Positions 19,436 to 26,962 of a stretch of DNA of 32,000 bases are shown in pieces. The notes under the pieces were generated by a model. The model did not search any database. It was not told where the DNA came from and was given only the letters and a program-made list of their open reading frames with translations. The position numbers and the translations under genes are program-made. The stretch is from NCBI GenBank assembly GCA_025210965.1, contig JAOAQY010000044.1, forward strand, positions 1-32,000. The letters run 5' to 3'. The DNA is from Tissierellales bacterium (GTDB taxonomy: Bacteria > Bacillota > Clostridia > Tissierellales > JAOAQY01). How positions within the stretch are numbered: position 1 is the stretch's first letter; every line of letters starts with the position of its first letter.

Positions 19436-21478
19436 CTAATCAATTTTAAATTTACCTATTGCACCATTCAGTTCATTTGCCAAATCAGATAATGACTGAC
19501 TAGCTGATGAAATTTCATCCATCGATGCAGTTTGTTCCTCTACACATGCTGATGACTGCTGAGTACTAGCTGCATTCTCTTCTGCTATCGCGGATAGATT
19601 CTGTATAGTATCCAATATATCTTCTTTTTGTTTTTCCATTGCCTTTTCAGAAGCATTGAGTTTCTTCATTGCAGTTTCAGATAATTTTATAGCTTCAAAT
19701 ATTTCTCTATACTTTCCTTCAGTATCTCCTACGCTATTAACCTGTTGCTCTATGATTTCAGTTACCCTCTCTATAGTCGAAACCGCCAAACTAGAGCTAT
19801 CTATAAGTTCCTGAACTATTTCATCTATTCTCTTTGTGGATTCAGTTGACTGCTCAGCTAATTTTCTAATTTCTTCAGCAACTACTGCAAATCCCTTTCC
19901 AGCTTCTCCTGCTCGAGCCGCCTCTATAGCAGCGTTTAATGCCAGTAAATTAGTTTGCTCTGCTATTGAAGCTATCATATTACTAGCTTCTCCAATCTTT
20001 CCTGTACTTTCATCTGTTTTTTTGATTACATCAAAAATCTCTTTAGTTGCTAAATTAGTCTCTTTTGCCTTTACACTCAAGTCATCAACTATTTCTAGCC
20101 CCGTTTCAACTAATCCAAATACATTTGTTGAAGCCTGATTTAAATCCCTCATATGTGATTTGTTTTCCTCAATCAAATCTCCAAGTTCTGCTGTTTTCAT
20201 AGCTCCTTCAGTTGTACTCTCGGCTTGATCGGTAGCACCTTTTGCAATTTCTTGTATAGTCGTTGCCACTTCGCTAGATGCAATTGCAACATGCTCAGCA
20301 GTTTCGTTTAAATAACTTGCAGAAGATGTAACTCTATCAGAAGTATCCTTTATTTCTCCTACTAGTTCTCTAAAGCTATCTGTAAGATACTGAAATGACT
20401 TTGACAATGCCCCAATCTCATCATTTCTCTTAACAAAATCACTTGAAATATCCTCTCTAAAATCTCCCTTTGCTAAAAGCTGTGCATAATCAGCAGCTTG
20501 AACTACAGGTTTAATAGTCTTTTTTATACTGATGAATACTATGGTTACTAAAACAAATGCTCCAATTATATAAATACCTATCAAAAGTGCAGTAAATTTT
20601 GATAGCGGTGCAAAGACTTCTGATTTATCAACTAATTGAATTATTCCCCATCCATTTATTTCTATTGGCTCATATGATACCAGATAACCTATGTCATTAT
20701 ATTCTAGTTCAGTAATATCTGACTTTCCAGATAAAACTTCACTTTCTACAGATGAAAATCCCTTGACATCCGATAAATGCTTCTCTTCTTTTATCAATGT
20801 CTCGTCAGCAGCATAAACAATTTGACCTTCATCTGTTATCAAAAAGTTTGTGCCCTTTTCTCCAATTTTATAATTTTCCATAATCTCTGGTACTCTTTTA
20901 AGTGAAATATCTGCCGAATAGAAACCTATGACTTTTCCTTGATCTTCAATAGCTGTAATACCTGATATTACAGTATTTCCTGAGCCAGAATCTTCATACG
21001 GAGGTGTAAATGCAACTCCATCAGTTCCCATTGCTAATTTATACCATGGTCTTTCACTCGTTATATAACTAGGCTTAGAAACATATTTCGTATTGTCTAT
21101 AAAGAAATCAGCATTTTGACTTGCTATAAAAATAAACATTAAATTTTCATATGAATCTGCAACATTAGTTATAGTTCTACTGACTGTATCATACAAATCA
21201 TGGCTTGTGATTTGCTCCCTAGTCTCGACCTCTTTCAAATACCGTTTAACATTTTCATCAGTAGTCCCCTGATTTGCAATCTGCCTAGTTATCTCAAATA
21301 TACTAGATATACTTTTGTCAACTAAATCAGACTTAGTTTCAATATTTTTGACGATATTTGCCCTTAATTCAGTTTTAGTATTATTGTAAACCACTATGCC
21401 AGATATTACGAAAATAAATATTATGGCTACCAATACAATAGATACTAATTTGCTTGCTATACTACGTCTTTTACTCAT
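19436..21478 (-). CDS. Methyl-accepting chemotaxis protein, paralogue A (680 aa; Cache-type sensor, HAMP, MA domain)
   Basis: AGGAGG lies 6 nt upstream of the ATG. It has two TM segments, the sensor motif ERPWYKLA and the MA core [51 protein letters not shown]. It is gap-free co-linear with the 26963..29005 product. Confidence 0.9.
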   Translation of the reverse strand: MSKRRSIASKLVSIVLVAIIFIFVISGIVVYNNTKTELRANIVKNIETKSDLVDKSISSIFEITRQIANQGTTDENVKRYLKEVETREQITSHDLYDTVSRTITNVADSYENLMFIFIASQNADFFIDNTKYVSKPSYITSERPWYKLAMGTDGVAFTPPYEDSGSGNTVISGITAIEDQGKVIGFYSADISLKRVPEIMENYKIGEKGTNFLITDEGQIVYAADETLIKEEKHLSDVKGFSSVESEVLSGKSDITELEYNDIGYLVSYEPIEINGWGIIQLVDKSEVFAPLSKFTALLIGIYIIGAFVLVTIVFISIKKTIKPVVQAADYAQLLAKGDFREDISSDFVKRNDEIGALSKSFQYLTDSFRELVGEIKDTSDRVTSSASYLNETAEHVAIASSEVATTIQEIAKGATDQAESTTEGAMKTAELGDLIEENKSHMRDLNQASTNVFGLVETGLEIVDDLSVKAKETNLATKEIFDVIKKTDESTGKIGEASNMIASIAEQTNLLALNAAIEAARAGEAGKGFAVVAEEIRKLAEQSTESTKRIDEIVQELIDSSSLAVSTIERVTEIIEQQVNSVGDTEGKYREIFEAIKLSETAMKKLNASEKAMEKQKEDILDTIQNLSAIAEENAASTQQSSACVEEQTASMDEISSASQSLSDLANELNGAIGKFKID

Positions 21479-21602
21479 TTTCTCCTCCTTAATTTCTTTC
21501 CTTTATTTTGCCTTTGCTTCTTCTTTACTATAACAGCTAACTTTACAAAATAGAATCCCCAATAATATTTAAGTAACAGCCATCATTAAAAAACACCGTA
21601 TA

Positions 21603-21619
21603 ATTCGTTATACTCGAAT
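21603..21619. promoter_or_regulatory. Inverted repeat ATTCG-N7-CGAAT upstream of MCP paralogue A (conserved with 29121..29137)
   Basis: The plus strand reads ATTCGTTATACTCGAAT, 125 nt upstream of the start codon. The same half-sites and spacing occur upstream of paralogue B. Confidence 0.3.
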
Positions 21620-21629
21620 ATTTTGACAT

Positions 21630-21684
21630 AAAAAAAAGACGTAATAGCTATTTATTTTGTAAACCCCAAAATAACTATTACGTC
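21630..21684 (-). terminator. Rho-independent terminator after the TetR gene
   Basis: In minus-strand sense, GACGUAAUAGUUAUUUUG pairs with CAAAAUAAAUAGCUAUUACGUC (an extended stem). UUUUUUU follows. Confidence 0.75.
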
Positions 21685-21715
21685 AAAAATATTCTATTTC
21701 AATACATTATAAAAA

Positions 21716-22381
21716 CTACAATGATATATTTAAAGGATCATCTGAATAATAAAGAACCATATCTTTAATATAGTTTACAACTTCATTAACTTCTCTCTCT
21801 ATATCATCTGTTCCCTCATCTAATATAGTCTTGAATTTTCCTTTGAAAAAATACACTGCCATCTTATTTAATTTTAGTGCTTTTTCTATGGAAATAACTC
21901 CTTCTTTCACACAATTTCTGCACATGTACTGATCCCTTTTAAGAAAACTACCCTCTTTAAGCATAATCTGCAAATATTCGCTAACGATATTTATACTATT
22001 TGGAAACATATCATAGTATTCTTGCAACGCTCTTGGAAGAATCTTGCTCTGTGGTCCAAAAAATATGCAGTCAAAAGCCTTTGGATACCTGAAAGCCTGC
22101 CTTGAATAACACTCCCATATACCTATGTGCTTCTCCCATATATTCTTCCATTGCGCTTCTTTATCGTGAAGCTGAGTCACATATCCCTCTAGATATACCA
22201 ATTGAGCGTATACCAATAGTTCATTGAGATTGTCAAAATGTCTATACAATGTAGTCGTGCTACAATTCATCTCTTTAGCTAATCGCCTAATTGATATGCT
22301 TTCGACACCTTCTTTTTTTACAATCTCTTGCGCTTTTATAATATATTCTCTTCTACTAAAATTTCTTCCTTGAATCACCAT
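21716..22381 (-). CDS. TetR/AcrR-family transcriptional regulator
   Basis: The track start at 22387 is GTG. ATG 22381 follows GGAGGT with an 8-nt spacer. The N-terminal HTH is ISIRRLAKEMNCSTTTLYRHFDNLNELL, followed by an all-helical C-terminal domain. Confidence 0.85.
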   Translation of the reverse strand: MVIQGRNFSRREYIIKAQEIVKKEGVESISIRRLAKEMNCSTTTLYRHFDNLNELLVYAQLVYLEGYVTQLHDKEAQWKNIWEKHIGIWECYSRQAFRYPKAFDCIFFGPQSKILPRALQEYYDMFPNSINIVSEYLQIMLKEGSFLKRDQYMCRNCVKEGVISIEKALKLNKMAVYFFKGKFKTILDEGTDDIEREVNEVVNYIKDMVLYYSDDPLNISL

Positions 22382-22401
22382 ATACACGTACCTCCGAAGA
22401 A

Positions 22402-22430
22402 ATTATAGCATTTACTGTCTATTTTTACAA
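22402..22430 (-). promoter_or_regulatory. SigmaA-type promoter (extended -10) for the TetR gene
   Basis: In minus-strand sense, TTGTAA (22430..22425) is followed by a 17-nt spacer ending in TGC, then TATAAT (22407..22402). It sits immediately after the ykvI-like stop codon. Confidence 0.55.
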
Positions 22431-22436
22431 CAAAAT

Positions 22437-23525
22437 TTAAGCTGCTTCTTCTTCAGATGCTGTTTTAGTAACTATTTTCTTGATGTCCTTAACTATCATA
22501 ATCACTAAAAGAGCCGCTCCGACATATCCATTCAATACGTAAACTACATTGACCAGTTTTGAAAATGGCAATTTAACTCCGACAATTAGTCCTACAACAG
22601 CTAATACTATCGTAAGTACCTTGAAATTCTTACTCTTGTCTTCTGTAAATCTTGAAGATGCTGACCAAAGTAGTGGCACTGCAGTTGTAAATATTCCACA
22701 ATACACTATTATAGAAAATACTGTTGCTAGAAATGGACTTATATTACCTGACATTATTAACATAGGTATTTCACTTTTACCAACTAATTCTATAACCGAA
22801 AGAAGTCCCATAGCAACTACCCCTACTGCTATAGAAAAAAGTGTCGCACCTATAATTGCTCCCATTCCAGCTTGTTTTTTGCTGTCCGCAGTCGCTCCCA
22901 TAGATGCCAAAAAGCTAGCTAACCACAACATACAAAATCCAACATAAGATGTCGCTGCCATAAACCAATTAGACGATGCCTGCATTATATTCATATCCGG
23001 AATACTTCTACTAGCCTCTCCTATATGACCGAAGTTCATAAACAATGTTATTGCTCCTACTGCTATAGACATAAATACTATAATCGGTCCTATTTTCCCT
23101 ATTATATCCACTATTTTATTCAATCCCATGAGCACGACTAACGTAACTATTATAGTCATTATAGTTCCTCCAACTACTACTGGTTGACCATAATGCTGAT
23201 TAAGTGTTGCTCCTGCTCCTGCAACCATTACTATGAATGATAGGTATATGAAAACTATCGAAAAATAATCATAAAAATTTCCCAATATATTGCCGCAATA
23301 GTATTTATATATATCACTACCTCTTTCAAATTGTTCTCTCTGCCCCACTGTTATAAAACTATATCCAACATACATCAATAGCAAAAGTGTAACTAAAACC
23401 CCAGCTATTCCCCAATAACCATATGATGTAAAGTATTGAAGTACCTCTTGTCCTGTTGCAAAACCTGATCCAATCAAATAAGCTATAAACGCACCTGCAA
23501 ATGTAAAAACCTTTTTATAATCCAT
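22437..23525 (-). CDS. YkvI-family polytopic membrane protein (putative amino-acid-type transporter, distant APC superfamily)
   Basis: 362 aa with about 11 hydrophobic helices. The N-terminal FAGAFIAYLIGSGFATGQEVLQYF motif is characteristic of the YkvI (COG3949) family. AGGAGG lies 6-7 nt upstream of the ATG. Confidence 0.8.
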   Translation of the reverse strand: MDYKKVFTFAGAFIAYLIGSGFATGQEVLQYFTSYGYWGIAGVLVTLLLLMYVGYSFITVGQREQFERGSDIYKYYCGNILGNFYDYFSIVFIYLSFIVMVAGAGATLNQHYGQPVVVGGTIMTIIVTLVVLMGLNKIVDIIGKIGPIIVFMSIAVGAITLFMNFGHIGEASRSIPDMNIMQASSNWFMAATSYVGFCMLWLASFLASMGATADSKKQAGMGAIIGATLFSIAVGVVAMGLLSVIELVGKSEIPMLIMSGNISPFLATVFSIIVYCGIFTTAVPLLWSASSRFTEDKSKNFKVLTIVLAVVGLIVGVKLPFSKLVNVVYVLNGYVGAALLVIMIVKDIKKIVTKTASEEEAA

Positions 23526-23565
23526 ATAACCCTCCTAAATAGCTATTATATGTGCATTTTTCCTT

Positions 23566-23601
23566 AAAAAATATTCAGCCCGCAAAAAACAGGCTGAATA
23601 T
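23566..23601 (-). terminator. Rho-independent terminator between grdX and the YkvI-family gene
   Basis: In minus-strand sense, AUAUUCAGCC uguuuuuugcg GGCUGAAUAU (10-bp stem) is followed by UUUUU. Confidence 0.7.
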
Positions 23602-23605
23602 ATGA

Positions 23606-24001
23606 TTATTTCAAATAATTTCTGATTGCATTGTCAATCAAAGATTGATCAATGGTTCTATGGTCGTCAGCTATGCTCTCTTCATAAATCGGCACAGGAT
23701 GATTCTTAATAAATTTATGGTAAGTTTCTATCGCGCTGTCTAATAGCATCACGCCGTTTACATCAGTCCCTCCCGAGCTACCTTTCTCGAGCATCACACT
23801 TCTATATGGAGTTTGGTTGGGTTTTAAACTACCTGCTTGTGGATGAGTCAAAAGTACATATCCATCCGAAACCATATATTTTGCCGTTGTGAGCACACCG
23901 ATATAATTTTCCGCTACTTTAACATCCACGACTTTGGCGTATTTCTCACATACTTTTTTATTATTCGTAACTATAACCGCTTTACTCTCTTTATAAAACA
24001 C
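23606..24001 (-). CDS. grdX: GrdX-family protein (small accessory protein of glycine/sarcosine/betaine reductase loci)
   Basis: 131 aa with a GTG start and a GGTGG SD. The VTNNKKV motif and the LLTHPQAGSLKPNQTPYRSV block match the conserved GrdX core (LLTHPLSGSVKPNETPYKS) as I recall it. Confidence 0.75.
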   Translation of the reverse strand: MFYKESKAVIVTNNKKVCEKYAKVVDVKVAENYIGVLTTAKYMVSDGYVLLTHPQAGSLKPNQTPYRSVMLEKGSSGGTDVNGVMLLDSAIETYHKFIKNHPVPIYEESIADDHRTIDQSLIDNAIRNYLK

Positions 24002-24022
24002 AGGACCACCACCAATACATTA

Positions 24023-25330
24023 TTATTCGAATACTGTTTGTTCTTCTATTTCAGTTTCTAAAGATTTCAATGCTCTTCTGACAAGTTCTTCTCTAACCTT
24101 TTTGCTATCTTTTTCTCCAAGTAATGGATTTCCTAATGGATAAGGAATACCAACAGCTGGAACTATTCTATTTGCTCCAATTGTAAGCGAAATAGGAACT
24201 ACTGTAGCTATATGTGCTACTGGAATACCTACTCTCTCAATTTCTTTTACCATAGTTGCACCGCAACGCGTACAAGTGCCTCAAGTGGATGTTAATAGGA
24301 CTGCATCAACCTTATCCTCTAGTAAACCCTTAGTGAATTCCTCACCAAAACGCTTTGAATTTCCAGTAGATGTCCCCGTACCCGTAGTACTGATGAAATA
24401 ATTAGCTAATTCTCCAATTTCACCTGCCACTTCCATCTCTCTAAGCACATCAAGTGGTATTACTAAATTTGGATTTTCAAGCACATAGGCTCTATCATAT
24501 CCACCGTGAACTGTCATAAAATCGTCTTTGCTCATAGCACTCATTCCCTCAATGCTATATTTTCCCCACTTAGTTGCACTAGATGACTCTATATGATCTG
24601 GATTTCCATGAGGTACTATTCCTCCCGATGTAACTACAGCTATCTTTAATTTACTCACATCTTTTACAGCTGGATTTGGAGCAACCTTGTCAAATGTAGG
24701 CATAGAATACTCTGTTTCAACATCTTCACCATTGCATTTTTTAACAAGTAAATCGACCGCCCTTTTTGAGCCTCTAATTTCATTGAAGTAATTTACTCTA
24801 ATTCCTCTTTCAATATATCCTTCTATTGCTGGAGATAATATCTCCTCTTCTCCAACCATTTTCTTAACTAAATTTGCTATTTTTGGCATTGTCTTTTTCA
24901 TACCTGCTGCTGAAATAGGTGTTTCAATTATATGCAAATCCTTTTTAAACATATCTACACCAGGATTTTCAGGATACATTCCAGTAACTACTTTTATTCC
25001 AAGCTTTTCCTCTACTGCCTTTGCAATAGTACCACAAGCTACACCGTATCTACCGGCATTAAATGCTGGTCCAGCAACAAAAACAGCTGGATTTTCGCCT
25101 TTAACCATTTCTAAAATAGTTTCTTCAGCTTGCTCTAGGTTTTCACCAAAATAATTATCACCACAAACAATTGTAGCTACTATCTCAAAGTCATCTCCAA
25201 GAAATGATGCAAGCGATGCTCCTGGGCCTACTGCACCTTTTTTAAGACTTGGTGTAATATCAGCTTTTTCTTCTCCGCCGATGCCTCCAAAAAATTGATT
25301 CAAATAATGAACTACTTTTATTTTCCCCAT
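24023..25330 (-). CDS. grdB: Selenoprotein B of a glycine/sarcosine/betaine-type reductase (GrdB/GrdF/GrdH family), 435 aa with Sec at residue 350
   Basis: Track ORFs 24281..25330 and 24023..24253 are in the same frame. An in-frame TGA (24283..24281) and 9 open codons join them. The junction reads LLTST-U-GTCTRCGATMVKEIERVGIP, the canonical UxxCxxC redox motif of GrdB. The N-terminus VVHYLNQFFGGIGGEEKA is typical of GrdB. GGAGGG lies 5-6 nt upstream of the ATG. Confidence 0.9.
24255..24283 (-). other. UGA selenocysteine codon plus SECIS-like hairpin
   Basis: In minus-strand sense, UGA is followed by a 13-nt spacer. Then comes GUUGC-GGU-GCAAC (24267..24255), a perfect 5-bp stem with a GGU apical loop. 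This fits the spacing and loop type of bacterial SECIS elements. Confidence 0.6.
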
Positions 25331-25340
25331 GATTTCCCTC

Positions 25341-26627
25341 CTAATATCCTCTAGCCGCTAATTTATTGTAACCATTTGCAATAGTAGATGCTATTATGAT
25401 TTGAAGTTCTGCATCAAAACTTCCATCAGCATTCATACAGCCATCACTACCACCAATTTGCGACTCGATATAGTCCGTCATTCCAATAACTTTGTCCATA
25501 GCTGGAAAATGTAGCATAGCATTACCTTGCCCACAAGAAACTAAAGTATCAGCCTCTTCAACTACATCGGCTAAAGACTGTGATTTACCATCCTTACCCG
25601 GGAACTCATCTGTGATAAGTACAACCTTTGCTCCTGCTTCAGTTGCCTTTTTACAATTCATCATGAGATCAGTATCTGGATTTCCATATCCTTCCTCAGT
25701 TATAATTACTCCATCTAACCCCATAAATTCAACTAATTTTCCAACCATATCCGAGCATCTCTCTTTATCTGCAAGAAATACATTCTCATTAGTCAGTATA
25801 ACGCCCATGAAATTCAAGTCTTTACCGTGTCTTTCATACAAATCATGAATAACAGGGTTATTTAAGTGGTGGAACGTAGTAACCTTGTCACAAGGAGCCA
25901 CACAATTACCACTAACTATAGCTCCATCCATTATCTCAGTTGGATACATAAATGTAGGAATAAATTGCTTAGCATCCACTCCATAATAATAAGTATCATG
26001 TAATAAACCTTGAGATTGAAGCATGTGAATATATCCTATTTTAGGCAATTTAGGGTATTGTGCTATTTGTTCCTGAAGTGGTTTTGTTTCATAAGTAACT
26101 ATCTCATTAGGCTCTACTTCTCTTGCAGCTTCACCAACATATGTCGCCACCTTCAAACCTACTAAACGAGCAGATTCTTCATATACATGTGTCTCTAATC
26201 CCTCTACTGGTTCTACTACTACACATAAATTAAGAGTCTTAGAAAACGGACAATAATCAGCTGCTGGACCGCTCATATCTATTACGCCTTCTTGAAAACC
26301 TACAATCTTACCGCAAGTAACTACATTCATACCAACAAGCGCATGAGTTCTTCCACTACCAACTTGTTTTACCTTATTGATAACACCTGGGAATATTTTT
26401 CCCTTCCCTGAAACCTTAACTCTTGGCTCTATAACATCTTTTACCGGTGTAATTCTAACTGACTCTCCCGGTTTAGCAATATCAATTTTCACTGATTTGA
26501 TTTTGTCGTCCTCAAGAACCAAATCCTCAACTGCCTTTTTGCTTACATAAAGAGTACTACCATCAACTCTAGTCTTCTCTCCAAAGACCAAGTCTTTCAC
26601 ATAAATTTTCCCAATTTCTAATTTCAC
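25341..26627 (-). CDS. grdE: GrdE-family proprotein (alpha/beta subunits of the substrate-specific protein B; pyruvoyl-forming)
   Basis: 428 aa with a GTG start and AAGGAGG 8 nt upstream. The N-terminus MKLEIGKIYVKDLVFGEKT and the blocks GFQEGVIDMSGP and LLHDTYYYGVDAK resemble GrdE. SGN-C falls at residues 239-242, which is the GrdE cleavage position. The stop lies 10 nt before the grdB-like start. Confidence 0.9.
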   Translation of the reverse strand: MKLEIGKIYVKDLVFGEKTRVDGSTLYVSKKAVEDLVLEDDKIKSVKIDIAKPGESVRITPVKDVIEPRVKVSGKGKIFPGVINKVKQVGSGRTHALVGMNVVTCGKIVGFQEGVIDMSGPAADYCPFSKTLNLCVVVEPVEGLETHVYEESARLVGLKVATYVGEAAREVEPNEIVTYETKPLQEQIAQYPKLPKIGYIHMLQSQGLLHDTYYYGVDAKQFIPTFMYPTEIMDGAIVSGNCVAPCDKVTTFHHLNNPVIHDLYERHGKDLNFMGVILTNENVFLADKERCSDMVGKLVEFMGLDGVIITEEGYGNPDTDLMMNCKKATEAGAKVVLITDEFPGKDGKSQSLADVVEEADTLVSCGQGNAMLHFPAMDKVIGMTDYIESQIGGSDGCMNADGSFDAELQIIIASTIANGYNKLAARGY

Positions 26628-26642
26628 AAATAAACCTCCTTA

Positions 26643-26658
26643 TTGTTATCGCGATACT
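26643..26658. repeat. Leader repeat copy C (TTGTTATCGCGATACT; core palindrome TATCGCGATA at 26647..26656)
   Basis: It is an exact 16-nt duplicate of 26689..26704. In mRNA sense it ends 3 nt before the AAGGAGG SD of the grdE-like gene. Confidence 0.8.
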
Positions 26659-26666
26659 TAAAAGAT

Positions 26667-26692
26667 AAAAAAAACAAATCCATGGCATTTGT
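26667..26692 (-). terminator. Weak hairpin plus U8 tract inside the grdE-like leader (possible attenuator)
   Basis: In minus-strand sense, ACAAAU-GCCAUGG-AUUUGU is followed by UUUUUUUU. The stem is only 6-7 bp and AU-rich, so the call is tentative. Its 5' arm overlaps repeat copy B. Confidence 0.3.
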
Positions 26693-26704
26693 TATCGCGA
26701 TACT
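26689..26704. repeat. Leader repeat copy B (TTGTTATCGCGATACT; core palindrome at 26693..26702)
   Basis: It is an exact 16-nt duplicate of copy C, 46 nt away. Confidence 0.8.
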
Positions 26705-26770
26705 CGCAATGTAAAAAAATAAATTTATTTGATAATTAACGCAATATAGAAGCACAGCAAGCGGCGCTAT

Positions 26771-26782
26771 GTTATCGCGGTA
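26771..26782. repeat. Leader repeat copy A (GTTATCGCGGTA, 11/12 match to copies B and C)
   Basis: It lies 80 nt from copy B, at about +8..+19 relative to the transcription start predicted from the promoter at 26796..26824. Confidence 0.6.
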
Positions 26783-26795
26783 ATTATTTGTTATA

Positions 26796-26824
26796 ATATT
26801 ATCATAGTTTTTTAGCCTCTGCAA
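26796..26824 (-). promoter_or_regulatory. SigmaA-type promoter (extended -10) for the grdE-grdB-grdX unit
   Basis: In minus-strand sense, TTGCAG (26824..26819) is followed by a 17-nt spacer ending in TGA, then TAATAT (26801..26796). Confidence 0.5.
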
Positions 26825-26880
26825 TAACTTTTTTAAATAGTCTGAAAAAAACAAAAAAATTCTATTTAGTTTATCTATAA

Positions 26881-26927
26881 AAACAAAACCATACTAAATC
26901 CTCAAAAATACGAAATAGCATGGTTTT
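26881..26927 (-). terminator. Rho-independent terminator after MCP paralogue B
   Basis: In minus-strand sense, AAAACCAUGCUA pairs with UAGUAUGGUUUU (12 bp including one wobble pair, ~19-nt loop). GUUUUUAU follows. Confidence 0.6.
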
Positions 26928-26962
26928 ATATATATGATTTATTCTTTCAATTTAACTATATC

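Noticed and set aside
24023-24253. The 76-aa ORF as an independent small gene, with 24281..25330 as a truncated gene or pseudogene
   Set aside because: Both are in one frame, separated only by TGA plus 9 sense codons. The junction reproduces the GrdB Sec motif U-GTCTRCGATM, and a SECIS-like hairpin follows. I therefore interpret them as a single selenoprotein CDS.
26624-26854. A 76-aa track ORF covering the grdE-like leader
   Set aside because: It starts at a TTG with no SD and spans the predicted promoter, repeats and terminator-like hairpin. Its low-complexity sequence is typical of AT-rich spacer translation. Only the last 19 codons (from the AUG) are kept, as a low-confidence uORF observation.
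26628-26962. A glycine riboswitch upstream of the grdE-like gene
   Set aside because: I could not find the conserved GGAGAG...CACCG...GGGGCAA-type cores on the mRNA strand. The leader is dominated by the TATCGCGATA repeats instead. An Infernal scan would be decisive.
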